A stretch of DNA of 63,319 nt, counting the filler, from Octopus bimaculoides (lineage: Eukaryota): the NCBI RefSeq assembly GCF_001194135.2. It is 5 parts of 5 records of this genome, joined end to end, with 100 filler letters (N's around TTAATTAATTAA, not from the genome) between each part and the next. Parts side by side here need not be neighbours in the genome. Positions count along the whole stretch, not along the records: positions 1 to 11,560 come from NC_068983.1; positions 11,661 to 26,294 come from NC_068990.1; 3 more parts are not named here. The stretch is one strand, 5' to 3'. Under the pieces are notes generated by a model that was not told the origin of the DNA, searched no databases, and worked only from the letters and a program-made list of their open reading frames with translations. Shown piece after piece: positions 1-11,786 of the stretch; position 1 is the first letter of the stretch, and each line of letters begins with the position of its first letter. A program made the position numbers and the translations under genes.

Positions 1-420
1 TGTATGTATGTATATATATATGTATGTATATATATATGTATGTATGTATGTATATATATATGTATGTATGTATATATATATGTATGTATGTATATATATA
101 TGTATGTATGTATATATATATGTATGTATATATATATGTATGTATGTATATATATATGTATGTATGTATATATATATGTATGTATATATATATATATGTA
201 TATATATATGTATGTATGTATATATATATGTATGTATGTATATATATATATGTATGTATATATATATGTATGTATATATGTATGTATGTATGTATATATG
301 TATGTATGTATATATGTATGTATATATATCATATATTATATACGTATATATATATTATGTATCATATATTATATATATATATATAGATAGATATACTTAT
401 ATGTAAATATACATATGTAT
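1..420. repeat. Compound (TA)n/(TATG)n microsatellite, partly with a ~20-bp higher-order unit
   Basis: Repeated tgtatgtatgtatatatata-like units; the overlapping YIYM-type ORFs are artefacts. Confidence 0.97.
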
Positions 421-424
421 GTGT

Positions 425-655
425 GTGTGTCTGTACGTCTTTGTCTGTATTTGTCCCCTACCACCGTCCGACATCTTGTGTTGGTGTGTTTACGTTCCCG
501 AACCTGTGCAGTTGCGTGGAAGAGACCGATAGACTAAATTCCAAGTTTAAAAATAATAAGTAATGAGGTCGATTCATTCGACTAAAAAACAATTCATCAA
601 GGCGATGCTCCAGCATGGCCGCAGTTTAATGACTAAAACAAGAAAAAGACAATAG
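425..655 (+). mobile_element. 3' half of a CORE-type SINE (family B)
   Basis: tttgtcccc..ttggtgtgtttacgt..gaccgataga..gtcgatt..cgact..ggcgatgctccagcatggccgcag; matches the copies at 37960-38108 and 54170-54350 (reverse). Confidence 0.8.
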
Positions 656-2287
656 ATAAGGTTTTAAGTTTTTCCTCAAACACAATAAAAATCTTCAATT
701 AGAAACTCGTTTCAAATTTTACCACTTTCAAATTTTTCTGCTACTTGCCTCTTGTAATTCTCAAAAACTAATCAAATCTACGTACGGTCAATCTGATTAG
801 TGCAGTTTACCAACATGATTTATACGTCCATCGCTCGTTCAACGTTACGTATGCGTCTCAAGTTATACATATGAGCTCCATGTCAAACCTGTTCAAACGT
901 CACTGCAAGCGAGGTAATCACGCATTTAGAAACCAAAAATGTAGGAAAGACACATCCATATCCGCATTCATCTGGGGCCTAAAATAGAGGCATAAATAAA
1001 CAAATAAGAATTATTTAATATCAAGTCAAGCATCATTATGAAAGCTAATTTCTAGAAGGGAAATAAACCAGGAAAAAACGAAAAGAAAAATTACGCAATT
1101 TATGTACCGCAGAATCTTATGAAACGCTCTTACCTAGGAAAAAACAACCACATCAACAAACATTCTGAAAGAACCTCTTCGTATCGACGTAAAATATATG
1201 AAATATTTAGACATTTTACACAGAGAAAATATCCTCCTAATCGATAATACCATTCTTTACGGCGCATCATTTCATTCTACTCGTCCACACATTTTTCTTT
1301 CATTTCTAAACAATCATGGTACTTAGAACAACATTACATGATATTCTGCTCTCGTTAGCCCATTTATACTAATTTCAAGCGCAAACAGGCCACATAATAG
1401 TTTTCTAATGTAAATACCCAAACCCATTTAGATCTTTTACTAACTCGTATGTAAGTGAACTTTTAGCGAGTGTGAATGTGTGTGAGAGGATAAAAATGTG
1501 GTGCAGGAACGTATTCACAGAGAAGAGGAGAGCTAAGATATAGACAAGCCCACAATTTCCTCCACAAAATAGCTCCCTAACATTTTGAAAAATATTTACT
1601 CAAAGGTTACAATAACAATCAATTTATTTTAAGGGCGGTATATTAATTATTTCGTACATTTTAATATTCAGATCACAATATTTCGTAATTTTTTTTTTCT
1701 TTTTAATTTAAATGCATGAAAACGATGACATAATTCTATCACGTTTTTCCTCGTTTATCGCGGTAGTATGGTTCCTAAAAAACAAAAAGAATAAACAATG
1801 ATAAACGAATAAGGTCCATGCATTTTGTAAATGCAACAAATGGTAAATTCATTAACACTGAACTAAGCAGTGATGAATGAATCAGTGATAAAAAAGGCTA
1901 CTTGTATTAACTGAAAAGATTCGATCAAGTCCGCCTGGAAACGAGAACACAGACAGGCATCATGGGACGCACACACGCTAACCCACAAGTTTTTACAGCA
2001 GATTATCTTTCGCTTGTTTCCAGTCGTTGGATGCGGCCAAGTTGGAACACCACCTTGAAGGGTTTCAGTCGAATTGACCCAAGTACATTTTTTGTTAAAG
2101 TTTGGTACTTTATCGGTTTCTTCTGAATAGACACGCACGCGCGCACACACACATGCGCGTGTACACACACGTTATGTGTCTATACCCTTTTGTTACCAAC
2201 ATGTCCGAGACCGCCCCTGTTTTTATGATACAAACTTCGTTTTAAAGAAATTTCAAGCAAAACTTTCAAATATATATTTCAATTGAA

Positions 2288-2289
<2 letters not shown>

Positions 2290-2368
<79 letters not shown>
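2290..2368. repeat. (CA)n microsatellite
   Basis: Direct reading. Confidence 0.97.
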
Positions 2369-2369
<1 letters not shown>

Positions 2370-2384
2370 GAACGTTGTTGACAA

Positions 2385-2820
2385 CAGCATAGCTAATGAT
2401 AATGATGACGATGACGGCAAGACAATGATGACGAGGATGATGATGATGACAATGATGGTTGTGGTGGAAGTGATTGGAAAATACGTAATGACAATGAGGA
2501 TAATAATAATAATAATAATAATAATGATAATAATAGTAATGATAATAATAATAATAATAATAATAGTAATGATAATAATATTATAGTAATGATAATAATC
2601 ATAATGATAATAATAGTAATGATAATAATATAATAATAATAATAGTAATGATAATAATATTATAATAATAATAATCATAATGATAATAATAGTAATGATA
2701 ATAATATAATAATAATAATAATAGTAATGATAATAATATTATTATAATAATAATAATCATAATAATAATAGTAATAATAATAGTAATAATAATCGTAATA
2801 ATAATAGTCGTCGTTACCAT
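2385..2820. repeat. (GAT)n/(AAT)n compound trinucleotide repeat
   Basis: Direct reading; the poly-Ile/Leu ORFs are artefacts. Confidence 0.95.
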
Positions 2821-3264
2821 CGTTATATCAGAACAAATAACGACTAAGACTAGAGAGAGATAGAGAGAAGTATGGGAGAGGGAAAAAGAGAGAACGAAAG
2901 GTAGAAATGGAGGAGAGAGAGATAGAGAGAGAGGGAAGGATCAATGTCGTAATTTACCGTAGGTTGTCATATTATACTATATTATATTATATTATATCAT
3001 ATATTATACTATATTATATTATCTGTTATGATAAGTTGTGTTGTGGTCTTTTTTTTTTACTATCAGTTTTCTAGCAATTAGATAAATATTGTTCAGACAC
3101 AATTTATGTTGATTAATAAACTGAGAGAGAGGGAGAGAGATAGAGAAAGAGACTATTTCAGGGCAAATATTGAGTAAAGAGTCTGAGAGGGAAAGAAGAG
3201 AGAGGGAGAGAAAGGGAGAGACAATGTCAGTTTGTATGCGACTTAGATATGTAGATTATGAACA

Positions 3265-3272
3265 CGTGTGTA

Positions 3273-3304
<32 letters not shown>

Positions 3305-3319
3305 CACACACATATATAT

Positions 3320-3410
<91 letters not shown>

Positions 3411-3518
3411 NNNNNNNNNNNNNNNNNNNNNNNNNNNNNNNNNNNNNNNNNNNNNNNNNNNNNNNNNNNNNNNNNNNNNNNNNNNNNNNNNNNNNNNNNN
3501 NNNNNNNNNNNNNNNNNN

Positions 3519-3584
<66 letters not shown>

Positions 3585-3590
3585 GTGTGT
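3265..3590. repeat. (TA)n/(CA)n/(GT)n microsatellites flanking an N gap
   Basis: Direct reading. Confidence 0.95.
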
Positions 3591-3899
3591 GTTTATCAGT
3601 ACACAGGTATGCCTGACACAGAAGGAGACGGACAGACAGACACAAAAGAAGACAAGCATAAAAAAATAGCACGTGAGAGGAGGAGAGTAATATTAAAACG
3701 GAGGAAAGAGAGAACAACCACAGCATATATATGAGAAAGGAAAGAAAGAAAGAAGGATAAGGTTATTGATTACAGTAATGCTTTGTAAGTGCATGCGTGC
3801 GTCTCGAAAGGAATTACATTCGCCATTGATGAAAATATTGTCATAATTAGTTGTAAAGGAATAGGAAACCAAATAAAGGAGAAAAAACATGTCAATTTT

Positions 3900-4034
3900 A
3901 AATGTATGTATGTATCTAGGTATATCTGTGTATGTATGTATCTAGGTATATCTGTACCCATGTATATATATGTATGTACATGCGTATGTATATATATGTC
4001 TGTGTGTGTGCATATATATATTTGTGTGTGTATG

Positions 4035-4066
<32 letters not shown>

Positions 4067-4144
4067 CGTATGTATATATATATGTGTATGTATATATGTG
4101 TGTGTGTGTGTGTGTGCGTATGTATATATATGTGTATGTATATA

Positions 4145-4177
<33 letters not shown>

Positions 4178-4350
4178 GTGCCTGCAGGAGTATGTATACA
4201 CAGATACACATTTCTATAATTTCCATTTCTTTAGAGTTGTACATAGACAAACACACACATGTATATATACATATCTATACACACACACACATATATATAT
4301 ATATATATGTATATACTTATACATACACGCATGCACTCACACACACACGC
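3900..4350. repeat. Compound TA/TG microsatellite tract
   Basis: Direct reading. Confidence 0.9.
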
Positions 4351-4439
4351 ATATCTGACTAGGCTTAGTGCCTTTGAACTTTGTCAAAGCAATGGATAAA
4401 ACCCATCAAAACCAAATATACCTGAAACGACTGCCACAT

Positions 4440-4483
4440 CCCATTCATCGGGCAGTTGTGATCACAACTGCCCGATGAATGGG
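4440..4483. repeat. Perfect 44-bp palindrome, no spacer
   Basis: cccattcatcgggcagttgtga|tcacaactgcccgatgaatggg; the arms are exact reverse complements (22+22). Confidence 0.97.
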
Positions 4484-4971
4484 GAAAGTAAAACTCTGAG
4501 TAGCAGTGTTTTTGTGACATTTTTGGGATCTTTGTGGTTTTCGTCACTGTTTACAATTATCTTTAAAAAATTTTTTTAATGTATCATATAGATGTAATTT
4601 TTGGCACTGAATCCGAATTTATTATTTAGTTATTCCAGAAAATTTTGCAGAAATGTTACAGGCGTTCAAAGTTTGATAATTTTCAGAATTTTCAGCCAAT
4701 CAGAAAACAGTGCGTTAGCTGCCTCTTCCATCATCGGAGATGGATGGCGTCGGCATGTCAGAACATTGCTAGAAATAACAGTTAAAACATTAAAATATAC
4801 GCGAATGAAGTTAACATTAAAACATTCGCGAGCAAATTAAGTATTTAAAAGAACAAACAAACCAACAGGAATTGCTAGAAATAACATTGTCTAAAACAGT
4901 CATTTATTTGGTTAAAAGTATCCGGGAATGAAATTTTGCAATACACTCTAGGATTCTATAAAATAAACTAC

Positions 4972-5013
4972 CTAGCTCCGTGCCGTCAATTATAGTATTT
5001 TATATATAAATAT
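4972..5013 (-). mobile_element. Helitron-like 3' terminus (hairpin-deleted variant)
   Basis: Reverse complement reads aaatactataattgacggcacggagctag, ending in CTAG; homologous to 5836-5880 and 45927-45984. Confidence 0.5.
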
Positions 5014-5835
5014 GGGTGGTAAATCAAATTAATACACTTATCAATGTTATCTAGTGGTTGTCTTTAGAGGTGCGACATCGATCATCGTTTATTATTGAAA
5101 GAACGCTGGTTCACACATACAAACATTCACATACTTCCCTTGTACACGCACACACATACATACATATATACTCACACAGACTTGAAACGCTGTTTGATTA
5201 TCTCTCTCGTATCTCCTTCTCCTCCTTGTGCACATGCGTTGCATCGTTGGTTATTATGGAAACAGTTTTCGGCCCGGTGATGTGTAAAATACTCACTTCT
5301 GATTTGTTAAAATATCCAAATTTTTCGAATTTTAAAGGCTAATAACTTTTTAGCTATGGATTTATAACGAAAATGAATTTCATTTTCTTAATTAGTATAC
5401 AAAACTTAATACATATACCAAATTTGAAAACAATTGAAAGAAAATTGTAAACAGTGATGAAAACCACTTTAATCCTTGCAGCTTTAATCCTCTACTATAA
5501 TAATACTCTTGTGTCTTTCTCCGTCACAATATATAAATGTGAAAGGAAGGGGTGATGGTAAACTTGGTAGTGGGATGATGGAAGTTCTACAGTGAAAAAA
5601 AAACAAAACAAACAGCATTTCAGCTCTGCGTGAGTATATGTGTGTGAAAGTTTTGTGTGTGTGTATGTGTGTGCTTGTGTGCAATGGAAGTGGGATGATG
5701 AACATTCAACGCAGAAAAGAAAAATCAAACAGCGTTTCGAACTCTGGGTCAGTATATGTGTATATGTGTGTGTTAGGACAAGGGAAGTGTGTGAATGTTT
5801 CTATCTGTGATTATTATATACCTTATATTGTACCT

Positions 5836-5880
5836 TATTTATATATCAAATACTACAATTGACGGCACGGGGTCAGCTAG
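5836..5880 (+). mobile_element. Helitron-like 3' terminus (hairpin-deleted variant)
   Basis: aaatactacaattgacggcacggggtcagCTAG followed by T, the canonical Helitron 3' end. Confidence 0.55.
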
Positions 5881-5982
5881 TAAAGTATATTACACACACA
5901 GACATATATATATTACACTTATATATATACACACACACACAAAGGTACACATGTATTCATACACACATATACACATACACGC

Positions 5983-6060
5983 GCTCTCTCTCTCTCTCTC
6001 GTTCTCTCTCTTTCTCTCTCTCTCTCTTTATCTCTCTCTTTCTTTCTCTCTCTCTTTCTT

Positions 6061-6109
<49 letters not shown>
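5983..6109. repeat. (CT)n microsatellite running into an N gap
   Basis: Direct reading. Confidence 0.95.
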
Positions 6110-6888
6110 NNNNNNNNNNNNNNNNNNNNNNNNNNNNNNNNNNNNNNNNNNNNNNNNNNNNNNNNNNNNNNNNNNNNNNNNNNNNNNNNNNNNNNNNNNN
6201 NNNNNNNNNNNNNNNNNNNNNNNNNNNNNNNNNNNNNNNNNNNNNNNNNNNNNNNNNNNNNNNNNNNNNNNNNNNNNNNNNNNNNNNNNNNNNNNNNNNN
6301 NNNNNNNNNNNNNNNNNNNNNNNNNNNNNNNNNNNNNNNNNNNNNNNNNNNNNNNNNNNNNNNNNNNNNNNNNNNNNNNNNNNNNNNNNNNNNNNNNNNN
6401 NNNNNNNNNNNNNNNNNNNNNNNNNNNNNNNNNNNNNNNNNNNNNNNNNNNNNNNNNNNNNNNNNNNNNNNNNNNNNNNNNNNNNNNNNNNNNNNNNNNN
6501 NNNNNNNNNNNNNNNNNNNNNNNNNNNNNNNNNNNNNNNNNNNNNNNNNNNNNNNNNNNNNNNNNNNNNNNNNNNNNNNNNNNNNNNNNNNNNNNNNNNN
6601 NNNNNNNNNNNNNNNNNNNNNNNNNNNNNNNNNNNNNNNNNNNNNNNNNNNNNNNNNNNNNNNNNNNNNNNNNNNNNNNNNNNNNNNNNNNNNNNNNNNN
6701 NNNNNNNNNNNNNNNNNNNNNNNNNNNNNNNNNNNNNNNNNNNNNNNNNNNNNNNNNNNNNNNNNNNNNNNNNNNNNNNNNNNNNNNNNNNNNNNNNNNN
6801 NNNNNNNNNNNNNNNNNNNNNNNNNNNNNNNNNNNNNNNNNNNNNNNNNNNNNNNNNNNNNNNNNNNNNNNNNNNNNNNNNNNNNNNN

Positions 6889-7012
6889 AATTTATCGACC
6901 CCCGAAAGGATAAAAGGTAAAGTCGACCTCGGCGGAATGTGAACTCAGAAGGTTGCGACGGGCGAAATACCGCTAAGCATTTCGTCCAGATGTTACAAGC
7001 ACGCCGCCTTAC
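6889..7012 (-). mobile_element. tRNA-head SINE (family A), partial
   Basis: Reverse complement matches the 62559-62785 copy (ggcggc..aaatgcttagcggtatttcg..ttctgagttc..ccgccgaggtcgacttt). Confidence 0.85.
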
Positions 7013-7039
7013 TGTTTTTTTAATAATCCTTTCTATTAA

Positions 7040-7245
7040 AGGTACAAGGCATGAAATTTTGAGGGGAGGGGACTAGTCGATTACATCGACTCCCCAGTAT
7101 TTCACTGGTACTTAATTTATCGAACCCGAAAGGATAAAAGACAAAGTCGACTTCGGTGGAATGTGAACTCAGAACGTAAAGACGGACGAAACGCCGCTAA
7201 GCATTTTGCCCGGCGCGCTAACGATTCTGCCAAAGCGCCGCCTTT
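7040..7245 (-). mobile_element. tRNA-head SINE (family A), near full length, tandem to the previous copy
   Basis: Reverse complement has the A-box-like ggcagaatcgttag, B-box-like gagttcacattcc, body, and tail cccctcccctcaaaatttcatgccttg. Confidence 0.88.
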
Positions 7246-8760
7246 TGCTGTTATTAAGTAATAATACATGCAACTCCTACGAAATGTGTTGAGTACAACT
7301 ATCTTTCGTTTGCCTACTCACTCGTATAGATTTACAGTTTACTGCTCAGAGCCTGTAGATTGTTTGGAGAGAAAAGGCGTGTTATAAAAACCTATGTAGA
7401 CGTGAATCTCAAAGCAAGAAACTATTAGTAGCTCGTATTTTTATACTCTATACATTAAATAACATACAAATATGTATATTTATATGTATATGTACACACA
7501 CACACACACACATTACAGGTATATATAACTATATATACAAATACACATACACGGGACTATGTTGCCACAATTAGTAATATGTCCATTCTGCTGTAATTTT
7601 TCTATATTCTTGTGCAGCTGAAGATTGCTCTACATTTTGCATTTAACGTTATGCTCGCATTACTTAAATAAATGNNNNNNNNNNAAAATAGTAAAATGAT
7701 AAAATATATCAATGTACGTGTAAAAGAAATTCATGATTATCGGAATGTATAGTTTGCAGAAGTCTGGTCTAAAAATAGCGTCTGTCGTATTCCTTCTTAA
7801 GTAAGGTGACGAGATATTCAAACAATGCCTACAGGTATTAGAATCACAATAGGCATTCTGAACATAATGAAAAATTCATGGAGAAATTTTGTAAGAAATA
7901 CAAATAAGTACTTCGAGACATATATGATAAACAGAATAAACAACTAAATAAATAAACAAGTATAGTTAATATGATAAAACAAAAACATCTATGTCTTATG
8001 TAATTATCGATGCATATAAGAAAATGTTTGAAAATATTTGTCTTGAAAATTTTGTGATTTTATGAAGTTGTTCTTTCCGAATGCTTTTTGAGTGTAAGGA
8101 TTATTGCAAAGAAAATGTTACAGGCCTCTGTAGTATATACATTACATGGCTTTCTATTTAAGGTAGTTACGATATGGCTCATAAAAGGATTTCCCAATTT
8201 ATTTTCTATACTATGTTTTGATCCTTTAATTCGCGAGTGAATGTTTTCTCTTTCACTTGTTTCTATCGTATAACGGAGGTCTTCCTGTGGCAGTAGAATT
8301 GCATCTCATATAGTTTCTGAATGAATAGATATGTTGGTTGTCACTGAACTTCCAGGTGTTAGCAGTAAGGCCACTATATGCTTTGGTACAACTAGATATT
8401 TCTACCATTCCTTCTGTATGAACCTGTTATGTTATCTGCTCCATATAACCATTAGTATTTTATGATATGGCCAAGCTTTCATTATTGTATAATTCGGAAG
8501 TAGTACGCTCCATTAGATTGTTGAAAATAAACAACAAGGTCGATCACCTCAGCTACTTCATCATCCCCCAAGTTGATAGTGAAGAAAATGTTTCTGATTC
8601 TGTAGAAACTCTCATGGTATAACAGTAAACTGCTAGTGTTCATTATTATCCAGGTGTATAAGAGCGGTGGGCGTCAGAATCGCCACATTGTGAGAAACAA
8701 TGCCGTACAGTATGAGTTATTTCAATGAGTTAATTACGTCCTGTGAGTTTAGATAGTATT

Positions 8761-9175
8761 GACGCAAAAGTAGTTGTACGGTTAAGAAGCTTGGTTTCCA
8801 GCCAGGTGGTTTCATGTTCAGTCCTACATCGTGGTATCCTGGGTGAGTGTCTTCTACTAAAGCCCCGAATTGACCAAAGCATTGTGGGTGAATTTGGTAG
8901 ACGAAAACTGAGAGAAGCATGTCGTATACATACATAGATATCTGTCTGTCAGTCTGTCTATAGACAGACAGACAGACAGACAGATAAATATATGCATGAT
9001 TGACTTGACATTAGGTGATGATTGTAGACGACTAGCATCGTCAAACAAGTGATGTTGTTTGCTTCCAGTCTTTCATAAAAAAAAAAAACGTCTGCATGGA
9101 AGCAGGTGAGGTTAAGGGACGGGAAGAATTATCCGACCATAGAATATTTGCCTCAACGAAAGCCATCTGATCCAT
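8761..9175 (+). mobile_element. CORE-type SINE (family B) with a long-tail variant
   Basis: ggttaagaagctt..ttcagtcc..gagtgtcttctacta..gaccaaagcattgtgggtgaatttggtagacgaaaactga, then a microsatellite and tail. Confidence 0.75.
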
Positions 9176-9769
9176 ACAAACGTAGAAAAGTGGGCGTTAA
9201 GATGACGATGACAATGATGTGTTGTTTGTAGCTATGTTTGGATTGGAAGATTGTTTGAAGTGTTTTGCGCGCGCGCGCGTGTATGTGTGTGTGTGTATAC
9301 ACACGTTCGTGCTTGCGTGTAAGATTGGCTTCGCCTCTATTACCACGACCAGATACCCGGTATTGTTCACTGACAGCTTTTAGCAAAACGTTCGTCACCC
9401 GTTTACAGCGTGTGTATTGATTTTGGGCTACCTAGAATAATAGGTAAGTGTGATTGTATTGTTAGTTAATTCAATCATATCGATCACCAATAATTTAACT
9501 AACAGCTATAGTGATATTCAATACAAGCACTCCTACACACACATACACACACACACACACACACGCAGACGCACATACACACATACACTCACACGCCCAC
9601 ACACCTGCGTGCTCATACCAGACTCTCGTTTACTACGACTGAACATGCATATGCGCAGAAGCTCCGCACCCGCATACGTAGGCGCGTACAAACACCCACG
9701 TAGTTTAAAATAAACGGTATTCCTTTGTGCATATCACACACACGCGTGTACTATTGTTTTTTATTTGTT

Positions 9770-9806
9770 TTAGTCTTTGGACTGCGGCCATGCTGGGGCA
9801 CCATCT
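9770..9806 (-). mobile_element. Isolated SINE/LINE 3'-end motif
   Basis: Reverse complement ggtgccccagcatggccgcagtcc, the same motif as the family B tail. Confidence 0.6.
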
Positions 9807-10329
9807 TGTTTGTACACCAAAATATATTTGTTTGTGCGTATGGGAGCGGAGGTGTTACTTATAAAAAATATATATTGTCTCAGTATGGCTGTGTATTTGT
9901 AATTCAAAAGATAGTTTTGTCATATACAGCATTACACCCATTCTTTCCGAGGATTATGGGAAGAGTTCACATGGCTGTGTGCAATGCCCAACCGCTTACA
10001 CGCAAATACTGCAGCAGCTAAGTCAGCTGATCAAATTTCTGTAACCTCATCGTCGAACGATGTATGTATGCATGTATGCATGCATGCATGTATGTATATA
10101 TATATATATATATATATATNNNNNNNNNNNNNNNNNNNNNNNNNNNNNNNNNNNNNNNNNNNNNNNNNNNNNNNNNNNNNNNNNNNNNNNNNNNNNNNNN
10201 NNNNNNNNNNNNNNNNNNNNNNNNNNNNNNNNNNNNNNNNNNNNNNNNNNNNNNNNNNNNNNNNNNNNNNNNNNNNNNNNNNNNNNNNNNNNNNNNNNNN
10301 NNNNNNNNNNNNNNNNNNNNNNNNNNNNN

Positions 10330-10365
<36 letters not shown>

Positions 10366-11560
10366 TTGTATGTTTGTCAATTCCAAATAGGTATTGTTTT
10401 CAGTCGCGTTCATTTGTTTGTTGTCTGTCGTGGACAAGATATCTGAAGAACCACCAGATAGATTCGAATGAACCTTTCAAGGATGTTTGTATTTTCTGTG
10501 TTTTGTTTTTACTTAGTTTTTGAGAGCAGTTGAGTTCATTTTTAGTATTCTCATTTGTCAGAGCAGTGGAGTTTATTTCAGATATTCTCATTTTAAAAAT
10601 AAAATCTCTGGCTAATCGTTGAGAGGACGTTGGTGTTGCCTTGGCGGAGGTTTGTGCTCTCTGAGTGCTCTTGTTCTTCTTACATTGATTATCAAAATTG
10701 CAGAAGTCGATATATTTTTGTTAGTGTTATCCAATGACTTATAAACGGTTTGACCAAAAGCATATGTGATTTCTGGTGGTACCCAAGCGAGGTGCGATAT
10801 AAATAGACAAATGGATGGATGAATTGATGGAGAGTTCGATGCATGGATAGATAGGTGGGGAACGGGTGGATTGGTGAATGGAAAGATAGAAGGTGAAAGA
10901 GTGGATGGATGAATAGATGAATGGATTGTCAGAAAACTGACCATCCAGTTGATTCGAGGAGTGAGTTGTTAGTAAATTTGCTCGTTTATGAGCTGGCTGG
11001 CTGGCTGGTTGGTTTGTATTTTGACTGGCTGCCGTATTTGTCCGTTGGTCTGTTGGTGTAATTATAGGTCGATATCAAAGATTGCCGAAGTGTCTATAGA
11101 TAGGGTAAATCAATATGGAAAACGGGAAGAGAGAAAGTGAGATAGAGAGAGAGGGGAAGAGAGAAAGAAATAGATGAGAGGGAGAGAGAGGAGAAAGTGC
11201 ATATGAAAGATAGGATGGGAAAGGAAGAGAGAAAGAGAAAGGAAGAAGCTGGTGTCAAGAAATTGACCCAGAGGTCAATCGATGCGAGGTTAAGTTCACA
11301 TGAATGTGGCAAATCGATAGAAAGTGGGTTGTGTCAATAGAACAGTGAGTGGCCGGAGGTTGGCGGAGGTGGAGGAGCAATAATGTGGATTAGCAAGGGA
11401 AGGTATGTCGAGAGAAAGGAAGAAGGAGGAGGAGAGAGATGTGAAGGTAACTAAATTAGATGTGACCAACGAAGAAGAGTAAGAAAGGGGAGATAAAGAG
11501 AGACGCAGAAAGAGAAGGAAGAGTGTAACTAAATTAGAAGTCACCAACTCATATATGTAT

Positions 11561-11660
11561 NNNNNNNNNNNNNNNNNNNNNNNNNNNNNNNNNNNNNNNN
11601 NNNNTTAATTAATTAANNNNNNNNNNNNNNNNNNNNNNNNNNNNNNNNNNNNNNNNNNNN
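11561..11660. other. Synthetic scaffold join marker (N44-TTAATTAATTAA-N44)
   Basis: Exactly 100 bp; 12-mer with stops in all six frames; identical structure occurs 4 times. Confidence 0.93.
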
Positions 11661-11730
11661 GTGTGCATGTGTGTGTGTATATCTTTGTAGGTGAGTGAGT
11701 GGATAGGTGTGCGTAGAGGTATACATATAC

Positions 11731-11786
<56 letters not shown>

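Noticed and set aside
4-406. Long [12 protein letters not shown]-type ORFs here and throughout the window
   Set aside because: They are translations of TA/TG/CA microsatellites, which lack stops in some frames.
1863-2168. 101-aa minus ORF and alternative frames in a unique GC-balanced patch
   Set aside because: It starts in a CA/GC microsatellite, has no recognisable domain, and has no clear splice boundaries.
8250-8620. Protein-looking short frames in unique sequence (e.g. minus-strand TKAYSGLTANTWKF..)
   Set aside because: Under 60 codons, no recognisable motif and no adequate acceptor.
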